Source: Octopus sinensis (taxonomy: Eukaryota). From it: 64,000 nt of DNA. The stretch is taken from the NCBI RefSeq assembly GCF_006345805.1, contig NC_042998.1, positions 199,826,001-199,890,000 of the forward strand. Reading direction: 5' to 3'. The translations under genes and the position numbers were made by a program. The first letter of the stretch is position 1, and every line of letters starts with the position of its first letter. Below are positions 57,080 through 64,000 of this stretch, piece by piece. The notes under the pieces were generated by a model that did no database searches, was not told the origin of the DNA, and worked only from the letters and a program-made list of their open reading frames with translations.

Positions 57080-57745
57080 CGACGATGATGATGATGAAGA
57101 TGATGACGATGATGATCATGATAAATATGATGATGACGATGATGATCATGATGATCATGATGATGATGTTGATGATGTTGGTATTAGGGATGAGGAATAT
57201 GAGAAGGATAATGCTGACTACAACGATGAAAATTATGATGATAATAATAATAATGTTACGTTTCGTGGTGGTCATAATGATGAAGATAATGATGATGATG
57301 ACGACGACGATGATGATGATGATAATGCTGATCATAATTATGTCAATGTCTTTTTAATTTTAGTTTTCTGAATTGGTCATGTGTTAACCGCTATTTCAAT
57401 CAATTAGGATTGCATCTATACTGGTTTTAACACCAAATGTAATGTCAATGCATGTTACCGCTTGTAACCATCGTCCTTATCAGCATCATCATCATCAACT
57501 TCATCTTCAACTTAAATCATGATCCTTATCACAAAGGAAGTTATCGCCGTTATCAACATCATCATCATCATCATCATCGTCCTAATCAACATCACCTTGA
57601 CCACTACTATTACCACCGCCACCACCACCACCACCATAATCGTCGTCGTCATAATAATAATAATAATAATAATCATCATCATCATCATCATCATCATAAT
57701 CATCATCATCCTCATCATCGTCGTCATCATTATCATCATCATTAG
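56330..57745. repeat. Degenerate (GAT)n / (CAT)n trinucleotide fields
   Basis: Directly visible. Confidence 0.9.
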
Positions 57746-59805
57746 CTTCTTCAATATCTCATGAATCTCATTTATTCCAGTTCAGGATATCCAGAGTACC
57801 CTTTATTAAAAAAATGGGGTATGATTTGAGAGAAATCTGGCTATATCTTGAGAAACTACGTGTTTATGTTGTCTTTGTAATGGTTGTTGGTTTTCAACCT
57901 TTTTTGCAATACCTATTCAATTTACTACTTTCTTCTAATGTCACTGAGTAGAGTGTTCTTTGTCAAATCCTCTGTCATGTGTGATCCAAATATTTATTAT
58001 ATTTCCTCTGCTGAAAGAAACCAATATCAAATTTTACTTGATGTACAGAAAACGATAACCTGCTGGGTAAATTTCTTTCAGAAACTAACAGAAAATATTT
58101 GAGTGTAAAATTAGAATTTTTGGTAATTGTTTATGCTGTCATTGTCGTTACACAAACGATCGCCACAAAATTATGTATGATTATATTTAGCGTCATCGTT
58201 AAGATCATCATTGTCATCATCGTCATCATTGTCTTTGTTCTTGTCACCGTCGCATACTCAAAATCTCTGTCTTTATGTTCCTCTCCTCCGCCCCCTTCTC
58301 TTGCTCACACCCAAGTCTATTCCTTTGTGTCTTTATTGATTTTGTTATTTTCTCCTACATCAGTTCTGTCTGAGCAGACCTTTGATAGAATTTACCCCAG
58401 TTGTAATTTTCGTACCTTCATTTATCCCATGTATGTTTCCTTCTTTAAGGACTTTGCTTTGGTTGAGGTTGATGTTGAGGTGATTTCCAGCACTTCAAAC
58501 AGCCTCATAGAGAATCGCTCATGGTCTCACTCTATGTCTTCAGATTTTAACAAAATTACAGCGGAGACGGTTACGAAACTTTTTCTCCGAGTCCGTCGGC
58601 AACTCTGCTGTGGTCTTATTGCTTTTGCTCAGTTTTCACTGTTGAACAACCACGTTTTCTTATTTCTCTTCCAATATGCTTACGTTGATGAAGTTTTGTG
58701 TAATGTGTCTCTTGTTTGTGCTAAGCTCTTACTCCTTTGCATTTACAGTTATGATAGATTGTGACATTTATTTTCGTGTTATATTTAAGATAAAGGGGAA
58801 AAATAGCGGCATTGCTTAGAGTTTTCCGTTGGCGAGTCTGACAAGGATGTGTGTGCAACTCAGTGCAGAACAACTATCTCATGGTATGCCGTTCAAAGTG
58901 CGCCCAGGTGCAGACACATGCATGCACACACGTACAACTATCTTCCTTGCACTCTGCTTCTACACACGCTGATTAAACAATGAACCACGTTTTTGCGCTT
59001 CCGACTTGTTAACAGAAGACTTTTACGTTTTTTATTTTTTTAATCATTACAGATACCCTAATTCTTAACAGAAACGATAACACATCAGCACATGAAAACT
59101 GATGCGTTTTCGCTTTTGCTAGTTGTCTGTTATTATTATTATTATTATTATTAAGTCATTTGACTTGTGACTATTGCATGCTTTCTCTTTCACACTTAAG
59201 TACGTCTAGTGGTTTTAGTTAGAAGTTATCTCCCTATCGTGTATGGATATCACAACTTCTTTCTGAATATCGTGCATTAGCTGGCGTGCTTTTAAGGCTC
59301 GCTGAAATCAGAAACTCTTGATTTGAGAAAGCAGGGAGATGCTTCCATCTTCAGAATAATAAAACATCAGCAACAGCTACGGTGAAGAGGGGACTCATTG
59401 GCAAGGCACCGATTATTACGGGGGTAGTTTTTACATTTAGTCTTTACTTTATTTCTGAATGTTAATAACATTATAAAAAGTACGCTCTTTCTTATAGTGA
59501 GATAATGCCGTTTGTTGGATTAGTACATCAGTTGGGTGGTATTTGATCGCCTGAATCTTTGATAAAAATATCTACACGAATAATCAAAATCTCGCTGTGC
59601 CTAACACTTTGCATATAGGAATGTACCGAACTTTTAAACTATGAGGAATATCAACTGGCGTTCCTGAAATAAACTTTGCTTTCCTTCGTTTCAAGGTCGA
59701 TCATTAAGTTCCCCTAAAGTATTTGGCTCAATGGTATTGATTAATCTCCTCTCCTCAAAAATATTGTTATTGCTCCTAAATTAGGAGCGATTATTATTAT
59801 TATTA

Positions 59806-60072
59806 TTCTATGTTTGACTTTTGCTTTATATTTGTACAAGTTGGCTCCAAGTCTCACCCAGAGACCTCAAGAGACAACAGGGTTGGAAGTTCATGTTGTT
59901 GTTATGCCTAGTGTGCCATATATTTGGGGGGTGGGGATGTTGTACTAATGAATGTCTAAAAAAAAAAAAAGTTTTTTTTTTTTTTTTTTAAACCGAAAAT
60001 TATGGTTGTTTTAACCTTGAGGTTACATAGAGAGTATTTTGCGTAGGATATGAGCAGTTATTATTATTATTA

Positions 60073-60114
<42 letters not shown>

Positions 60115-60200
60115 CATCATCATCATTATTATTATGGCTTCATATTTGTACAAGTTGTCTCCAAGTCTCACCCAGAGACATCAAGGGACAAGATAGAAGT
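59806..60200 (-). mobile_element. R4/Dong-clade 3' ends (59806-60058 and a shorter UTR copy ~60135-60200)
   Basis: Match 18290-18572; TAHILRKILSM*; embedded in (ATT)n. Confidence 0.8.
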
Positions 60201-60233
60201 TCTTCTTCTTCTTCTTTTTCTTCTTCTTCTTCC

Positions 60234-60319
<86 letters not shown>

Positions 60320-61189
60320 TATTATTATTATTATTATATTATATTATTATCATTATTAGTATTATTATCTTTTTTATTATGCAGGTGCAATACCTGCATT
60401 ATGTGTACCCTTTGCAATAGCATTCATGACCCTGTGGACTTCCTTATGAATAACTTTTTTGGGGGGTTTGTAGTTTATTTACCATAAAGAATATTCTGTA
60501 TAATGAGTTCATTTCTCCAAAACTGCAATATTCTTTACATTTTGAATATTTGTCAAGCCCTGTCAATATGTCTATATGAGTTTTAACTATTTTGAAAATC
60601 CTACACATATAAATGCTGCAATTGATATTGTTTTCAGTTGCCATATATAATCTATGTTTCCAAATGTCTATATTTGTAAAAATTCTCTATTTCTTTCATT
60701 GGTGGGCATATTGGCTGTTGAAAGTCGTATGTCATAGAGAAATACATTATTTCCAGTAGCGTATGACATAATTATTCCGTAGTTACCATAGATGACTTCA
60801 TCTGTGTCTTTTTTAGCATATCCCAACGCATAGTTACTCTGTCATTCTCTGCGGTTTTATACTATTTCATTTCATTTGATGTCTTTGAAGTTGAGATTAG
60901 TTCTCTGGTATGTAAACCATAACACCGTCCTGCCAGAAGAAGTGTAGTCTTTCTGCAAAAGCAACGAGAGTAGAAACAACATATTCCATCGCTCCTGTTT
61001 CACACGCTCATATCCGGCAATTAATATGTTCTACTTCATTGCTATCATTTTGTAGTTTCCTATGAGAAGGTTTTTGAATCTACTCTGTAAGCAAGATTTG
61101 TTGAGACCCAGTTTTGTGTATAGAGCTTCTGTGCCAGCCTCAATTTTTCTACTTAAGTTATTGACCATATAGAAGCTTTTCTGACTAAA

Positions 61190-61436
61190 TGTTGTCCTTA
61201 TTGTCATCGGAGCATTCAGTTCAATACCACCCAACCTGAAACAACATCTGAAACCTTTATAAATACCCTACAATCTAGGTGTAGTACAAAAGTCGGCATT
61301 GCTTGGATTTGCCAGCATATTGCTGAAAGTACTGCATGTTTGAGGACCTTTTTGTGACTTCACAAACATTACGAACCTCAGGTAGACACAATATTTTCAA
61401 TCAACAACCTCATGATATTGCACACTGTGCGACGTC

Positions 61437-61440
<4 letters not shown>
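61190..61440 (+). mobile_element. R4/Dong-clade 3' end
   Basis: VVLIVIGAFSSIPPNLKQHL..VVQKSALLGFASILLKVL*, then UTR and (AAT)n. Confidence 0.7.
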
Positions 61441-61525
<85 letters not shown>

Positions 61526-61635
61526 TGATGATGATGATGATGATGATGATAATGGTGATGGTGATGATAATAATGATAATATGATGATGATATTAATAAT
61601 AATAATGATAATGGTGATAATAATAATGATAATGC

Positions 61636-61667
<32 letters not shown>

Positions 61668-61672
61668 TAATA

Positions 61673-61703
<31 letters not shown>

Positions 61704-61911
61704 CCTTTGTACCGGAAGCTGAAGGCCTGAAATTTGGAGGAAGGGATTAAGTCGATTACATCGACCCAAGTACACAACTGGTACTTAATTTATCGACTCT
61801 GAAAGGATGAAAGGCAAAGTCGATCTCGGCGGAATTTGAACTGCGAACGTAGCGCCAGACGAAAAACCGCATTTCGCCAGGCGTTCAAGTGATTCTGCCA
61901 GCTCGCCGCCG
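61704..61911 (-). mobile_element. tRNA-SINE family B variant
   Basis: aaggatgaaaggcaaagtcgatctcggcggaatttgaac..ctgccagctcgccgcc. Confidence 0.8.
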
Positions 61912-61947
61912 CACTAGTACAACACCACCACCACCACCACCACCACC

Positions 61948-61979
<32 letters not shown>

Positions 61980-61981
61980 CA

Positions 61982-62018
<37 letters not shown>

Positions 62019-62344
62019 ATAATAATAATAATAATAATAATCCTGGTTTATGTCTAACTAGTAGAGGGATTCCGCAGTAAAGGAATACTCCCGGTTTAGT
62101 ATAGGGATAAAATGAAGTAATCACTAAATTTCCTACAGCTTAATTTAACATTTTGGCAAAATTATAGCTTATGTTGCGTAACATGTGTTATGATGCATCA
62201 AAACTATGTGAGTTGAAGAGACAGGATTATAAAAGAATTATATCCTGCAATCAACAGACACATGTGTCTAGTCCTCAGTAAAATGAACATCATTATTGCA
62301 CGTATTTGCACTTCGAAGCAAAATCCATGCCTGTGCTCAAATTA

Positions 62345-63530
62345 TTGGGTTATCCGGAAAGTGCGTGCCGATTTATAGTAGCTTACCTTTCGACTTATTT
62401 TAGAACAGGGTTGAATCCATAATATAAGATTTGACTACACCTCCATTTAGAGCACAGTTTAAGCTATCTTTTCGTGGAAGAAGGTTTATGTTCCTATGAC
62501 CTATGTTAATTCTGTAACCCTTTAAAATGGAAGACAAGAAAGTTCATTTTCGGCACCTGATGCTTTTCTTTTTCCGTAAAGGGAAAAATGCCTCAGAAGC
62601 AACCAAAGAAATATGCGCAGTTTACGATGATGTTTCCTTATCCGAGAGAACTGTACGGAAGTGGTTCGCAAGGTCCCAAGCTGGTGATTGTAGCCTTATT
62701 CATAAAGAGCGGTCAGGCAGACCATACACTACAGATAATGACAAAATCAAGTCATTAATTGAGAATAACCCACATTGCACAACTCGAGAATTGGCAGAAA
62801 GCCTCAACATATCAAAATCTGTCGTTCATGAGCACCTGGTAAAACTTGGTTACACAAATCGCCACGATGTTTGGGTACCACATGAGTTGAGTGAGAAGAA
62901 CCTTCTGGATCGCATTTCCATCTATGATTCGCTTTATAAACAGAATGAAAACGCGCCTTTTTTAAAACAAATTGTTACAGGTGATGAGAAATGGATTGTC
63001 TACCGAAATACTCAGAAAAAGCGATCCTGGAGTAAGCGAAATGAGCCACCCTTAGCCACTCCAAAAGCGGGTCTTCACCCTGAAGCAGCAATTCAAGAGT
63101 TAAAAGCAGCAATTCAAGAGAAACGTCCAGAATTGGCCAGCAGGAAGAGTGTTGTTTTCCAACATGATAATTTAAGACCGCACGTATATTTGGGAACCAG
63201 ACAAAAATTGCTGCAGCTCGGCTAGGATGTGTTACTCCAACCTCCATATTCACCAGATATTGCTCATTCAGATTTCGACTTATTCAGGTCTCTGCTGAAT
63301 AGTCGTAATGGTAAACATTTCAATTCCTTGGATGACGTAAAAAGGTACCTTGATGAATTCTTTGCCATGAAACCACCTCAATTCTGGGAAGTGGGTATTT
63401 TCAAGTTAAAGGAAAGATAGAGATGCATTGTGCAAAAAAATGGTTCATATTTGGTTGATCAAAAATGGAAAGTATTTATTGACCTTTTTCTTTCCTTTAA
63501 AAGTCGGCACGATCTTTCCGGACAACCTAA
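62345..63530 (+). mobile_element. Mariner (DD34D-type) transposon with both TIRs and TA duplication, internally deleted
   Basis: TA|ttgggttatccggaaagtgcgtgccgattt ... aagtcggcacgatctttccggacaacctaa|TA. Confidence 0.93.
62527..63465 (+). pseudogene. Mariner transposase pseudogene
   Basis: HTH region, RSGRP, WVPHEL, TGDEKW, FQHDN, PYSPDIAHSDFDLF; stops at 63223 and 63418; the segment after GLHP (normally KVMLxVWW...) is missing. Confidence 0.9.
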
Positions 63531-63625
63531 TACATTCACACATCCATCGCAAAAAGATGCAGCTTCATCTTATATAAATCCCTTCCCCAAAACCCACATG
63601 AGTCGAAATCGATGGGTGTTACATA

Positions 63626-63701
<76 letters not shown>

Positions 63702-63703
63702 CA

Positions 63704-63746
<43 letters not shown>

Positions 63747-63747
<1 letters not shown>

Positions 63748-64000
63748 GAGTGAGAGAGCAGTTCATGCCATCAAAGTGACACTGGGGTAAAATATACGAA
63801 GCCCAATATACCCATCATGACTACCCGTCTGATAAAGGTACACCAGGCACATGCATCACAACCATATGTGCGCAACATGGTGATCTCATATCAAGATAAA
63901 CAGCACATGACCTTGCAGGTGGGGCCCAGTTAGAATTTTCTTCAGGTTGAGTAGCCCATCCCGCTCAAACGGTCCCTGAATAAGGGTTGCTTAAGGATGT
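63747..64000 (-). mobile_element. ~555-bp (AAT)n element, 3' part, cut by window edge
   Basis: (ATT)n then gagtgagagagcagttcatgccatcaaagtgacactgggg. Confidence 0.9.

Noticed and set aside
58099-58764. 221-aa hydrophobic ORF
   Set aside because: Non-ATG start, built partly from degenerate trinucleotide repeats, no recognisable domain or splice context
60380-61190. Complex non-repetitive block that might be an exon or transposase remnant
   Set aside because: All frames I read are interrupted and show no motif I recognise; needs BLASTx

Overview
This is AT-rich, microsatellite-saturated eukaryotic DNA with no recognisable host gene exon. The SINE families and repeat landscape look like an Octopus (cephalopod) genome, which is an inference. 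Nearly every listed ORF is either a translated microsatellite or a transposon remnant. The window contains: many tRNA-derived SINEs; many 5'-truncated R4/Dong-clade non-LTR elements sitting in (AAT)n tracts; a ~550-bp non-coding element also tied to (AAT)n; CR1, CR1/L2 and RTE LINE fragments; a probable solo LTR; a Tc1, a mariner and a mariner-type MITE; a non-autonomous Helitron; and two local tandem duplications. The main hidden signal is RNA structure. A ~445-bp tandem array at 754-2672 carries a type I hammerhead ribozyme (HHR) motif in each unit (damaged in copy 3), a retrozyme-like layout that could yield circular RNA. Several more HHR motifs, with different sequences but the same fold, lie in short fold-back elements embedded in (TA)n, in a window that also holds Penelope-like GIY-YIG remnants. 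All calls were made by eye, and most element boundaries are approximate to a few tens of bp.
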